NCBI GenBank assembly: GCA_020425105.1
Contig: JAGQRU010000136.1
Location: 1-42,359 of the forward strand
Reading direction: 5' to 3'
Source of the DNA: Paracoccaceae bacterium
GTDB taxonomy: Bacteria > Pseudomonadota > Alphaproteobacteria > Rhodobacterales > Rhodobacteraceae
DNA length: 42,359 nucleotides
In this document: piece after piece, positions 27,976 to 36,397 of the stretch
Position numbering within the stretch: the first letter of the stretch is position 1
How the letters are laid out: each line of letters starts with the position of its first letter
Made by a program: the position numbers and the translations under genes
Notes under the pieces: model-generated
Database searches by the model: none
Told to the model about the DNA's origin: nothing
The model's input: only the letters and a program-made list of their open reading frames with translations

Positions 27976-28020
27976 GAAATATATTTTATGATAAAATACA
28001 TGTTTCTCACCATCTGGCAA
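27976..28020. promoter_or_regulatory. Composite operator: two GntR-type boxes plus one IclR-type box, upstream of the TRAP-ALDH operon
   Basis: GAAATATATTTT (27976-27987, 11/12), AAAATACATGTT (27993-28004, 10/12), TTCTCA-N5-TGGCAA (28004-28020); TTGACA on - at 28029-28024. Confidence 0.6.
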
Positions 28021-28148
28021 TACTGTCAATCACGACTTGCCGGGATTCCGAGCAATCCCCAACCGCCACTTCTCAGATTATCATCATTATTCAACTACTT
28101 ACATGATATTATACTGATCTTTCGACTGGTTATGGAGAAATCTGAATC

Positions 28149-28183
28149 TTGAAGTCATGAGATAAATTACTCTATAATGATAA
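28149..28183 (+). promoter_or_regulatory. Sigma70-type promoter of the decarboxylase-iclR unit, overlapped by an IclR-type box
   Basis: TTGAAG (28149-28154)-18 bp-TATAAT (28173-28178); TTACTC-N5-TGATAA (28167-28183) spans the -10. Confidence 0.6.
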
Positions 28184-28243
28184 AATCACTACATCTTGTT
28201 TCGTCGCTTTGCGGCGCCTTACGAATCTGACGGGGAGAAATGG

Positions 28244-29239
28244 ATGACCTTGCCACTAACGATGGCGATCAGCGACTACGCGCACACTTCTGACCTTGTG
28301 ACGGGCAAGGTCCGGCCAGTCGGGATCGACCTGAACATCCTGTCCTATCCGTTCGAAAAGGTCGGCTTGCGTTTCGCCATGACCCGGGAATTCGACGTCG
28401 CAGAGTACTCCTTTGCGGGCTATTGTGCACATGTTGCAGCTTCGGAACGGCCCGATATGGTCGCCTTCCCGGTGTTTCCGTCCCGAGTGTTCCGGCAAAG
28501 CGCCTTTTACCTGAATACCGATGCAGGCATCGTGGATGTGTCGGATTTGCGCGGTAAACGCATCGGGCTGCCACAGTGGTCCCAAACCGCGACGGTCTAT
28601 GCCAAAGGGTATCTGCAGCACCAGGCACGGGTTCCGCTTGCCTCGATCGACTGGGTTCAGGCCGGGGTGAATGCCCCCGGGCGCAAGGAGGGCGTGGCGT
28701 TAGACCTGCCGGAAGGCGTGCGTGTGACCTCTGAGCCGGGAAGATCGCTGAGCGAAATGCTCCAGACGGGGGAGATCGACGCCGCGATCTCCGCCCGGCC
28801 GCCGAATTGTTTTCTTGCGGGCAACCCGAAGATACGCCGCCTCTTCGCCAATCCTCAGGCCGCCGAGGAAGCCTATTTCCGCGAAACGGGAATCTTCCCG
28901 ATCATGCACATCATGGTAGTGCGCCGCGACATCTATGAGGCCAACAGATGGGTGCTGCGCAATCTGCTCGAGGCGTTCGAGACCGCCAAGCGCAATGCGC
29001 TCGCCGCAATGGCTGAGATCACCACATCCTACATTCCGATCCCCTGGGGGCCGGACGAGGTCGCGCGACTGCAGTCCTTGGTTTTCGGCGATAGCGAACC
29101 CTGGCCCTATGGGCTGGCGCAAAACCGCACGACGATCGACGCGTTTCTGGGCTACTGCCACGAACAGGGCGTGACCGCGCGGCGCCTGGTGCCCGAGGAC
29201 CTGTTCCCACCGGAATGCCTTGCCGAAGTGATTGTCTAA
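28244..29239 (+). CDS. 4,5-dihydroxyphthalate decarboxylase-like protein (Pht5/OphC family)
   Basis: LTMAISDY, FDVAEYS, FPVFPSRVFRQS, DLRGKRIGLPQWSQTA, YFRETGIFPIMH, PWPYGL..NR, YCHEQG; no signal peptide. Confidence 0.82.
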   Translation: MTLPLTMAISDYAHTSDLVTGKVRPVGIDLNILSYPFEKVGLRFAMTREFDVAEYSFAGYCAHVAASERPDMVAFPVFPSRVFRQSAFYLNTDAGIVDVSDLRGKRIGLPQWSQTATVYAKGYLQHQARVPLASIDWVQAGVNAPGRKEGVALDLPEGVRVTSEPGRSLSEMLQTGEIDAAISARPPNCFLAGNPKIRRLFANPQAAEEAYFRETGIFPIMHIMVVRRDIYEANRWVLRNLLEAFETAKRNALAAMAEITTSYIPIPWGPDEVARLQSLVFGDSEPWPYGLAQNRTTIDAFLGYCHEQGVTARRLVPEDLFPPECLAEVIV

Positions 29240-29302
29240 ACCGGCATTTAGCCCGACGCGCTGCGATGTTAACAAGGTGGCGATACTAACTGGGGGGATG
29301 CG

Positions 29303-30052
29303 TTGGCTGGATTCGATAGATATGAAAATCTCCTGCGGCTATTTCTCGACTCTGAACCGCTCTGGAGCGTCGCAGGCATAGCGGAAGCGCTCGGCACGTC
29401 ACCCAGCAATGTCTACCGCTCAATTCGCGAGCTTGTGACGGCGGGCTTTCTCGAAGCAGCGGCGGATTCACACTACCGGCTTGGGCCGGTCTTTCTGGAA
29501 TTCGAACATCGGCTGCGGTCTTCCGACCCGCTCGTGCGATCCGGCACGATATTCCTGACACCGCTGATAGAGCAGGCGGGGATCCCATGTTGTGCGGCGC
29601 TCGCGCGGCTCTATGGGACCACTGTCATGTGCGTCGCGGATGCGCGCTCGTCGCGCTTTGACGCTCAGACAAGCTATGAGCGCGGCCGGCCAATGCCCAT
29701 TCTGCGTGGTGCCACATCAAAGGCGGTGCTCTCTGCACTCCCGACGCGCAAACGCGATCGAATTCTGAAGTCCACAGCGGATGTCGGGTCGGACGAGGCT
29801 TTGCGGGCCGAGTTGAACGAGGTCCGACGCGCAGGGATGGTCGTCACGGTGGGGGAAGTCGATGATGAGCTTGCCGGTATTGCGGTTCCTATCGATCCCG
29901 GCGTGCAGGCACTTTACGGCTCACTGAGCCTGATCGTCAGGGCAGCCGCGCTGACGCCCGAGATCGAGGCGCGTCTGGGCATGATCCTCAAGGCTCACGC
30001 GGCGCTGATCGAGAACTATGTGCGTATGGAGGTAAGCGCTGAATCTTCGTGA
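29303..30052 (+). CDS. IclR-family transcriptional regulator
   Basis: N-terminal HTH (WSVAGIAEALGTSPSNVYRSIRELVTAGFL...YRLG); effector domain GRPMP..RGATSKAVL, GEVDDELAGIAVPI; TTG start uncertain. Confidence 0.88.
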   Translation: MAGFDRYENLLRLFLDSEPLWSVAGIAEALGTSPSNVYRSIRELVTAGFLEAAADSHYRLGPVFLEFEHRLRSSDPLVRSGTIFLTPLIEQAGIPCCAALARLYGTTVMCVADARSSRFDAQTSYERGRPMPILRGATSKAVLSALPTRKRDRILKSTADVGSDEALRAELNEVRRAGMVVTVGEVDDELAGIAVPIDPGVQALYGSLSLIVRAAALTPEIEARLGMILKAHAALIENYVRMEVSAESS

Positions 30053-30070
30053 TTATCTTTATTTGCGGAA

Positions 30071-30119
30071 AAAGTATATTTTTCGTTGATATCCTGACGA
30101 AATTACCATTATATGAGAA
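30071..30119. promoter_or_regulatory. Composite operator (GntR-type plus IclR-type) upstream of the VOC-FAH-hydroxylase operon
   Basis: AAAGTATATTTT (30071-30082, 11/12), TTGATA -35-like (30086-30091), TTACCA-N5-TGAGAA (30103-30119). Confidence 0.62.
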
Positions 30120-30139
30120 TCGATCCAAGGAGGAGTTCG

Positions 30140-30982
30140 ATGTCTCATACTGCCGTTCACGCCGGTGCCTACCTGCACCACCTCGCTTTCGAGAGTTCCA
30201 ATCCCGAACAGCTCGCCAACTTTTATGCGTCCGTGATGGACATGACGCTTACGCGCGCATCCGACACGGAATGGCGCTGCGAAGGACCCAAGCGGCGCAT
30301 GGTCGTCGTGCCGGGCGAAGACAAGAAAATGCATTATGCCGGGCTGGCGCTGCGCAACCCGGACGGGCTCGAGATGATGCGCGCGCGCGCCGAGGCTGAG
30401 GGGGTGGAGCTTCTGGACAGCCCGAGCCCGTATTTCAAGGACGGCGCGTTCGCGGTCCGCGATCCGAACGGACAGTTGATCTGTTTCGGCCTCGCCATCG
30501 AGGAAACGCCGGGACTGAAGGGTATTCAGGGGCCGACCCAACACCTGACCTACGCCTCGACCGATGTGCAGGCCTTCGTCGATTTCTACGCTGGCAAACT
30601 TGGGTTCCAGCTGACCGACAAGGTGCTGCACGAAGACGGGCGCATGGCCACGGCCTTCACCACCTCGAACCACGAACATCATACGATCGCCTGTTTCTAC
30701 ACGCCGGACCGCAATGGCGTGGACCACCATTCCTACGAGGCGGGCGACTGGGTCTATATCCGCGACTGGTGCGACCATTTCGCCGAACATGACGTTCAGT
30801 TGACCTGGGGGCCGGGCCGCCATGGTCCGGGCAACAACCTGTTCATCTTCATCACCGATCCGGATGGCAACTGGATCGAGGTCTCGGCCGAGCTTGAAGT
30901 CATCTATGACCGCGAAACCGTCAACTGGCCCCAGCATCCGCGCACGCTGAACAAATGGGGCAGAGCGATCCTGCGGTCGTAA
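30140..30982 (+). CDS. Two-domain VOC-superfamily extradiol-type dioxygenase (second)
   Basis: TQHLTY (His), EHHTIA, DHHSYE (His), WGPGRHGPGNNLFIFITDPDGNWIE (His, Glu); RBS AGGAGGAG. Confidence 0.83.
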   Translation: MSHTAVHAGAYLHHLAFESSNPEQLANFYASVMDMTLTRASDTEWRCEGPKRRMVVVPGEDKKMHYAGLALRNPDGLEMMRARAEAEGVELLDSPSPYFKDGAFAVRDPNGQLICFGLAIEETPGLKGIQGPTQHLTYASTDVQAFVDFYAGKLGFQLTDKVLHEDGRMATAFTTSNHEHHTIACFYTPDRNGVDHHSYEAGDWVYIRDWCDHFAEHDVQLTWGPGRHGPGNNLFIFITDPDGNWIEVSAELEVIYDRETVNWPQHPRTLNKWGRAILRS

Positions 30983-30992
30983 GGAGGACGTC

Positions 30993-31844
30993 ATGAAATT
31001 TGCGAGCTTTACGCGCGCTTCGGGCGCAGGCTTCGGCGCTGTCGTCGAGGGAGGTCTTGTCGATCTGACAGGCTGGCAGGGGTTCGGCAGCCTCAAGGAT
31101 TTGATCCGCGGCGAGGCCCTGGCGGAGGCTGCGGCCTACGCCGCGGGTCGGCCCGTGGAATTGCTCTGGGGCGAATTCGCTTTCGCCCCGGTCATTCCCG
31201 ATCCAGGCAAGATCCTGTGTATCGGTCTGAACTATCAGACCCATAAGAAGGAGACAGGGCGCCCGGATGTGGATTATCCGACGATCTTCACCCGCTTTGC
31301 CGACAGCCAGATCGGGCATCGGCAGCCGTTGATCAAACCGGCGATTTCCGAACGCTTCGATTACGAAGGCGAAATGGCTGTAGTGATCGGGCAGGGCGGG
31401 CGTAACATCCCCGAAGACCGGGCGCTTTCGCATGTTGCGGGTTATGCCTGCTATAACGACGCGACGGTGCGCGACTGGCAGCGGCACACGTTCCAGTTCA
31501 CGCCGGGCAAGAACTTCCCCGGGACGGGCGCCTTTGGGCCGTTCCTGGTGACTGCTGACGAGGTGGGCGACTACCGCGCCTTGCCGATCGAAACGCGGCT
31601 GAACGGAGAGGTCGTGCAGAAGGCGACGCTTGCGGACCTGCTCTTCCCGGTGGAGCGGCTGATCTCCTATATCTCGACCTTTACCCCGCTCGCGCCGGGC
31701 GATGTCATCGCAACCGGCACCCCTGGCGGTGTCGGCGACAAGCGTGAACCTCCGCTTTATATGAATGAGGGGGCTGTTGCCGAGGTGGAGATCGGAATGC
31801 TCGGAACCCTGGTAAACACCGTCATTTCCGACGCGAAGCCATGA
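30993..31844 (+). CDS. FAH-family hydrolase (second)
   Basis: KILCIGLNY, FDYEGEM, YNDATVRDWQ, GKNFPGTGAFGP, TGTPGGVG. Confidence 0.93.
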   Translation: MKFASFTRASGAGFGAVVEGGLVDLTGWQGFGSLKDLIRGEALAEAAAYAAGRPVELLWGEFAFAPVIPDPGKILCIGLNYQTHKKETGRPDVDYPTIFTRFADSQIGHRQPLIKPAISERFDYEGEMAVVIGQGGRNIPEDRALSHVAGYACYNDATVRDWQRHTFQFTPGKNFPGTGAFGPFLVTADEVGDYRALPIETRLNGEVVQKATLADLLFPVERLISYISTFTPLAPGDVIATGTPGGVGDKREPPLYMNEGAVAEVEIGMLGTLVNTVISDAKP

Positions 31845-33496
31845 GTGCCGGCATGTCAACCGATGTCGATGTTCTGGTGGTCGGCGCCGGTCCGACGGGG
31901 CTTCTGCTCGCCAATCTTCTGGGCGGTATGGGGGTGCGCACACGGATCGTGGAGCGCAATGAAAGCACCGTGGACCAGCCGCGCGCGGTCTCGATCGATG
32001 ACGAGTCGATGCGGGCGCTGCAGGCGGCGGGCCTGGACAAGGCGGTCGCGCGGATCACTTCGCGCGGTTACGGCTCGATCTATCGCGGGCCGGACGGGCG
32101 GGTCTTTGCCACGGTGAAGCCCTGGCAGCAGGAATACGGATTCGACAAGCGCAACGCCTTTCAGCAGCCCGAACTTGAGGCGCTGATGCGCGATGCGCTC
32201 AAGCGGCACAGCTCGGTCACGGCGCTTTTCGGCACCGAGGTGACCGGCTTTGAACAGTCCGGTGAGTGCGTCTCGGCGACCCTTCAGGGCCCAGAGGGTG
32301 CTCAGGTGGTCACGGCGCGCTACATGGTGGCGTGCGACGGTGGCCGGTCTCCGACCCGCAAGGCGCTCGGGATTTCCATGGAAGGGTCCACGTTCACCGA
32401 GCCGTGGCTGATCGTCGATCTGCACAGCACCAAGAACCGTTGCTTTCATACCGAGGTCTTCTGTGACCCCGAGCGGTCCTGCATCACGCTGCCGGGGCCG
32501 GACGGTATCCGCCGCTACGAGTTCAAGCTGAACCCCGGCGAGACGACCGAGATGGCCGAGCAAGAGGACTTCGCGCGACAGCTCCTGGCGCGTGTCGGAC
32601 CCGATGCCGATGAGCCCTTGAAGCGCGTCCAAGTCTACACGTTCCATGCCCGCAGCGCCGCGCGCTGGCGTGAGGAGCGTGTCTTTCTTGCGGGTGACGC
32701 CGCGCATCTGACGCCGCCTTTCGCGGGGCAGGGGATGAACAGCGGCCTGCGCGACGCGCATAATCTAGCATGGAAACTCGATGAGGCCCTACGGGCGGAA
32801 GATCCCGAACCGTTGCTTGCAAGCTATCAGACAGAGCGCAAACCCCATGCCTGGGAAATGATCGAGCTGGCGCGGCGCATGGGGCAGGTGATGATGCCCA
32901 GCTCGAAACTCGCGGGCGCCGCGATCCGGACGGGGTTCCGAGCGCTCAAGCTCTATCCGCCAGCGCGGGACTATTTCGCCCAGATGAAATACAAGCCCAA
33001 GCCACGCTTTGCCCAAGGATTGCTCTGGCCGGAACCGAATACACCCAAACAGCGGGTCGTGGGCCGGATGATCCCGCAGCCGGTGGTCGATACGCTGGCG
33101 CGCGACCGGGTCCGCCTCGACACGATCCTGCCTGACCGTCCGATCGTTCTGATCTACTCGGAAACGCCCGAAACGGCGGTCTCGGACGATCTGCGCGCCC
33201 GGTTTGAGGCGGCCGGTGCGGTGCTGGTCGGGATCACGCCGGAATGGTGCAATCCCGTCGCGGCCGATTTTCCCATCGCACGGGATCACGACCGGTTTCT
33301 GTCGGCAGAGCCCTTCGATGCCTATCTGGATCACGCCTTCTTGCTGCGGCGGGATCGCTATGTTTCTGCCGCCGTTCCCGTTGCCGAGCTTGCGCTGCTC
33401 GTAGACCACCTGCGGCATCTGACGACGGGATCGGGTGCCGCGCCTCAGCCGAACATGAACATCTCGGCGCTAAAAAGCGCGATAGCCGGGACATAG
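31841..33496 (+). CDS. FAD-dependent aromatic hydroxylase, MhpA-like (second)
   Basis: VGAGPTG, QPRAVSIDDE, QPELE, ACDGGRS, RRYEF, LAGDAAHLTPPFAGQGMNSGLRD, LLRRDRYV. Confidence 0.9.
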   Translation: MSAGMSTDVDVLVVGAGPTGLLLANLLGGMGVRTRIVERNESTVDQPRAVSIDDESMRALQAAGLDKAVARITSRGYGSIYRGPDGRVFATVKPWQQEYGFDKRNAFQQPELEALMRDALKRHSSVTALFGTEVTGFEQSGECVSATLQGPEGAQVVTARYMVACDGGRSPTRKALGISMEGSTFTEPWLIVDLHSTKNRCFHTEVFCDPERSCITLPGPDGIRRYEFKLNPGETTEMAEQEDFARQLLARVGPDADEPLKRVQVYTFHARSAARWREERVFLAGDAAHLTPPFAGQGMNSGLRDAHNLAWKLDEALRAEDPEPLLASYQTERKPHAWEMIELARRMGQVMMPSSKLAGAAIRTGFRALKLYPPARDYFAQMKYKPKPRFAQGLLWPEPNTPKQRVVGRMIPQPVVDTLARDRVRLDTILPDRPIVLIYSETPETAVSDDLRARFEAAGAVLVGITPEWCNPVAADFPIARDHDRFLSAEPFDAYLDHAFLLRRDRYVSAAVPVAELALLVDHLRHLTTGSGAAPQPNMNISALKSAIAGT

Positions 33497-34724
33497 GTGA
33501 TCACCAGAAGGACCAGCAGGAAGATCAGGAAATAGGGCAGCACCCCGCGATAGATATCGGCGGACTTCATCCCAAGCGCGGATTGCGCGACAAAGATGTT
33601 GATGCCGAAGGGCGGGGTGAACAGCCCGATCGCCAAGTTGAGCGTCATCACGATCCCGAAATGCACCTTGTCGATCCCCAGCGTGTCGACAAGCGGCACA
33701 AGGATCGGGGTGAGCAGCAGGATGGCCGACATCGGTTCCATCACGCAGCCCCAAAGCAGCAGCAGGATGTTGACGGCCAGCAGGAACTGCCAGGGCGTGA
33801 CGTCATGTGCGGCGATCCAACCGACAAGCGCCTGCGGCACCTGATTGACGGTCAGCACCCACGAAAACAGCCCCGCCGCCGCCACAATCAACAGGATCTG
33901 GGCGGAAAACAGGACGGAGTTGCGCGCCGATTCAAGAATGTCGGCAAAACTCAGCTCGCGGAAAACGAACCGGGTGACGATCATCGCGTAGACACAGGCG
34001 ACCGAAGCGGCTTCGGTCGGCGAAAAGATGCCGCCATAGATGCCACCCAGCACGATGATCGGCGCACCGAGCGCCCAGATCGCGCGCCGCGTCGCATGCA
34101 GGATGCCGCGCAGTGACATCGGCTGTGCGTCCCCGAACCCGCTGCGCAGCGCCCGCAAAATCACGAACGCGGCGAGCGCTGCGGCAAGTACCAAGCCCGG
34201 CAGGATGCCGGCAGCATAGAGGCGCGGGATCGAGGCTTCGGCAGACGCGCCGTAGACGATCATCGGGATCGAGGGCGGGATGACGATGCCGATTGCGCTC
34301 ACGGACGTCACCAGACCCGCCGTGACCCGTCGCGGATAGTTCGCGGCATCCATCGACGGGCTCATGACCTTGCCGACCGAGGCCACGGCCGCGGCGCTCG
34401 ACCCCGAGATCGCGCCAAAGACGGTGGCGGTGCCGATGGTGTCACGCCAAGCGCGCCGGGCAAGCCTCCCACGAACGAACGTACGAACTCCACCAGCCGC
34501 AGCGAGACGGTACCGCGCGCCATCAATTCGCCCGCGAAGATGAAGAACGGCACCGCGAGCAAGCCGGTGAAATTGAGCGAGCCGAACAGGTTCTGATGCA
34601 CCGCGTTGAGCGGGATGTTCATGAAGAAGGCGAGCGCCACGGTGGCGGAGATCAGCAGGACCGCGAAGATCGGCGTTCCGGCAACCAGCAGCAAAAGCGG
34701 CAGGCCGATCAGGGTGAAATTCAT
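33445..34724 (-). pseudogene. TRAP large permease DctM split by a 1-nt frameshift
   Basis: The N-terminal part (MNFTLIG...LAVPFFIFAGELM...GALGVT) and the remainder (TIGTATVFGAISGSS...IPPS...FTPPFG) lie in different frames; one base is missing at 34440/34441. Could be a sequencing error. Confidence 0.85.
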
Positions 34725-35236
34725 GCGTCGTCTCCTGTCGGGGCACGGGCCGGCCAAAGGTTGTCGCGGCCGTGGATGATCAGGCGCGCAAGGCGCAACA
34801 GCGCGATCAGCGCCATGACGATAAGGCTGAGCGTGATGGAGCCATGGACAAGCCAGAGCGGAATGCCCGCCGCATCGCTTGTCATCCCGAAACGCAACAG
34901 CCGCGCGACATAACCCCAGGACAGCCAGGCGGTCCAAAGGCAGATGCCCGCGACTAGGATAAGCTGTAGCAGCGCAATCGCACGCCGTACTGCGCGGGGC
35001 AGGGCACTGACCAGAATATCCATGCGGATCACGAAATCGCGCCAGGCACAGATGATGGCGCCGAGCCAGGCGAGAACGATCATCGCGAACACCGCGACCT
35101 CATCGGCCCATAGGATCGCGGCGTTGAAGACATAGCGGCTGATCACGTTCCAGACGCTCAGTGCGACCATGGCGATAAGGGCAAGGCCAAGAACGGTCAG
35201 AAAGCCGTTCATGGCCCTGTCCATGATGCGCAGCAC
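34721..35236 (-). CDS. TRAP small permease DctQ
   Basis: NVISRYVFN..ILWADE motif; about four hydrophobic segments. Confidence 0.9.
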   Translation of the reverse strand: MLRIMDRAMNGFLTVLGLALIAMVALSVWNVISRYVFNAAILWADEVAVFAMIVLAWLGAIICAWRDFVIRMDILVSALPRAVRRAIALLQLILVAGICLWTAWLSWGYVARLLRFGMTSDAAGIPLWLVHGSITLSLIVMALIALLRLARLIIHGRDNLWPARAPTGDDA

Positions 35237-35251
35237 GGCGATAACCCTTCG

Positions 35252-36265
35252 CTACTGACGCGCCGCGTCGGCAGCGGACTTGAGGATATCGTAGTCGGCC
35301 TGCATCTGTTTGTCGGTCGCGATAATGTCCTGCACGGTCTGGTTCATGACATCCAGATAGCTTGCCTTTTCATCGTCAGAAAAACCGTTCAGCACACCAC
35401 CCTGACTGGTCCAGAGCCCTTCGAAGAACGCAGCGCCGCTGTCGATTTTCCCGGCATAGGCCCCCTTCGCGGTTTCAGCTTCTTCACGAACGATCGCTTC
35501 GAGGTCCGGACCGATCATGCCAAGGAAGTCCTTGCTGACGACCGGGCTTACGATGGTGAAACTGCCGGGCAGATAGGTGGCATTCTTTGCGACATCGGCA
35601 AATTTGAAGCCGATTGCGACGGGCATATTGATATTCGCGGCATCAATGGTGCCGGTCTGAATGCCCGGAAGCGCTTCGCCGAGCGGCATCGCGACAGGCG
35701 ACGCGCCGAGTGCGGCCATCGGTTCGTTGAGCAGCGGTGTTGCACCACCGGTCCGCATCTTGACGCCAGAAAGATCGCCGGTCGCGGCGATGGGGGTTTT
35801 GGAAACAACGACGCTTTGACCGCTGGTCAGGACGGCAAGCGGTTCGACATTTGAACGCGCGCCGAATTCCGAAAGCATCTCGCGGACCGACGGGTCGGAA
35901 AATGTAGCCATCGCGTGATGTTCGTCATCGAAAAGCCCCGGCGCATCGAGCACCTGAAAGCGCGGGTCGAGCGAGGAGAGAAAACCGATGATCGGCGCGG
36001 TGACTTCAATCGTTCCCATTGCCACACCTTCAACGGTGGCGGGGATCGGGCCCAGCTGGCCGGCGGGGAAGATTTGCACGTCGATCTGGCCGCTGGTGCG
36101 GGCCTCGACACCCGTCTCAAAGGCGAGGAACCATGCCGACAGCGCATCCTTGTCATTGATCGGTGCGGGGGTGGCGATCTTCATCACATAGTCGGCAGCA
36201 ACGGCTGGCGATGCCAAAGCGCCAAGTGCGAAGAGCAATGCGGCGGCGTAGTTCGTCTTTGTCAT
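35252..36265 (-). CDS. TRAP substrate-binding protein DctP
   Basis: Signal peptide; VQIFPAGQLG, GVKMRT, LGASPVAMPLGE, QTGTIDA; RBS GGGAGG. Confidence 0.9.
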   Translation of the reverse strand: MTKTNYAAALLFALGALASPAVAADYVMKIATPAPINDKDALSAWFLAFETGVEARTSGQIDVQIFPAGQLGPIPATVEGVAMGTIEVTAPIIGFLSSLDPRFQVLDAPGLFDDEHHAMATFSDPSVREMLSEFGARSNVEPLAVLTSGQSVVVSKTPIAATGDLSGVKMRTGGATPLLNEPMAALGASPVAMPLGEALPGIQTGTIDAANINMPVAIGFKFADVAKNATYLPGSFTIVSPVVSKDFLGMIGPDLEAIVREEAETAKGAYAGKIDSGAAFFEGLWTSQGGVLNGFSDDEKASYLDVMNQTVQDIIATDKQMQADYDILKSAADAARQ

Positions 36266-36286
36266 TAGTTCCTCCCAAAACTATTT

Positions 36287-36389
36287 TCTCATACGAAATC
36301 TATGAGATGGCCCTCCATCGTGTTGATTAAGCGCAAAAAGTGCATCATAAAAGATGAGAAATATAACAGGACGATAACTTTTAGGCATC
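36287..36389. promoter_or_regulatory. LysR-type T-N11-A boxes in the dctP/lysR divergent promoter
   Basis: TCTCATA-N7-TATGAGA (36287-36307, perfect arms) and GATAAC-N5-GGCATC (36373-36389). Confidence 0.55.
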
Positions 36390-36397
36390 AATGCGCC

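Noticed and set aside
27925-28243. AT-rich 320-bp gap as a possible sRNA, origin or small ORF
   Set aside because: Explained by two divergent promoters and stacked operators; no iterons, DnaA boxes or terminator-bounded RNA structure seen.
28244-29239. ABC substrate-binding protein (shared fold with the Pht5 family)
   Set aside because: No signal peptide and no adjacent permease or ATPase; motifs fit the cytoplasmic decarboxylase family.
10883-33496. Canonical mhp (3-hydroxyphenylpropionate) operon
   Set aside because: The hydroxylases are MhpA-like, but there is no LigB-type MhpB and no MhpC, D, E or F; the symbol mhpA was not assigned.
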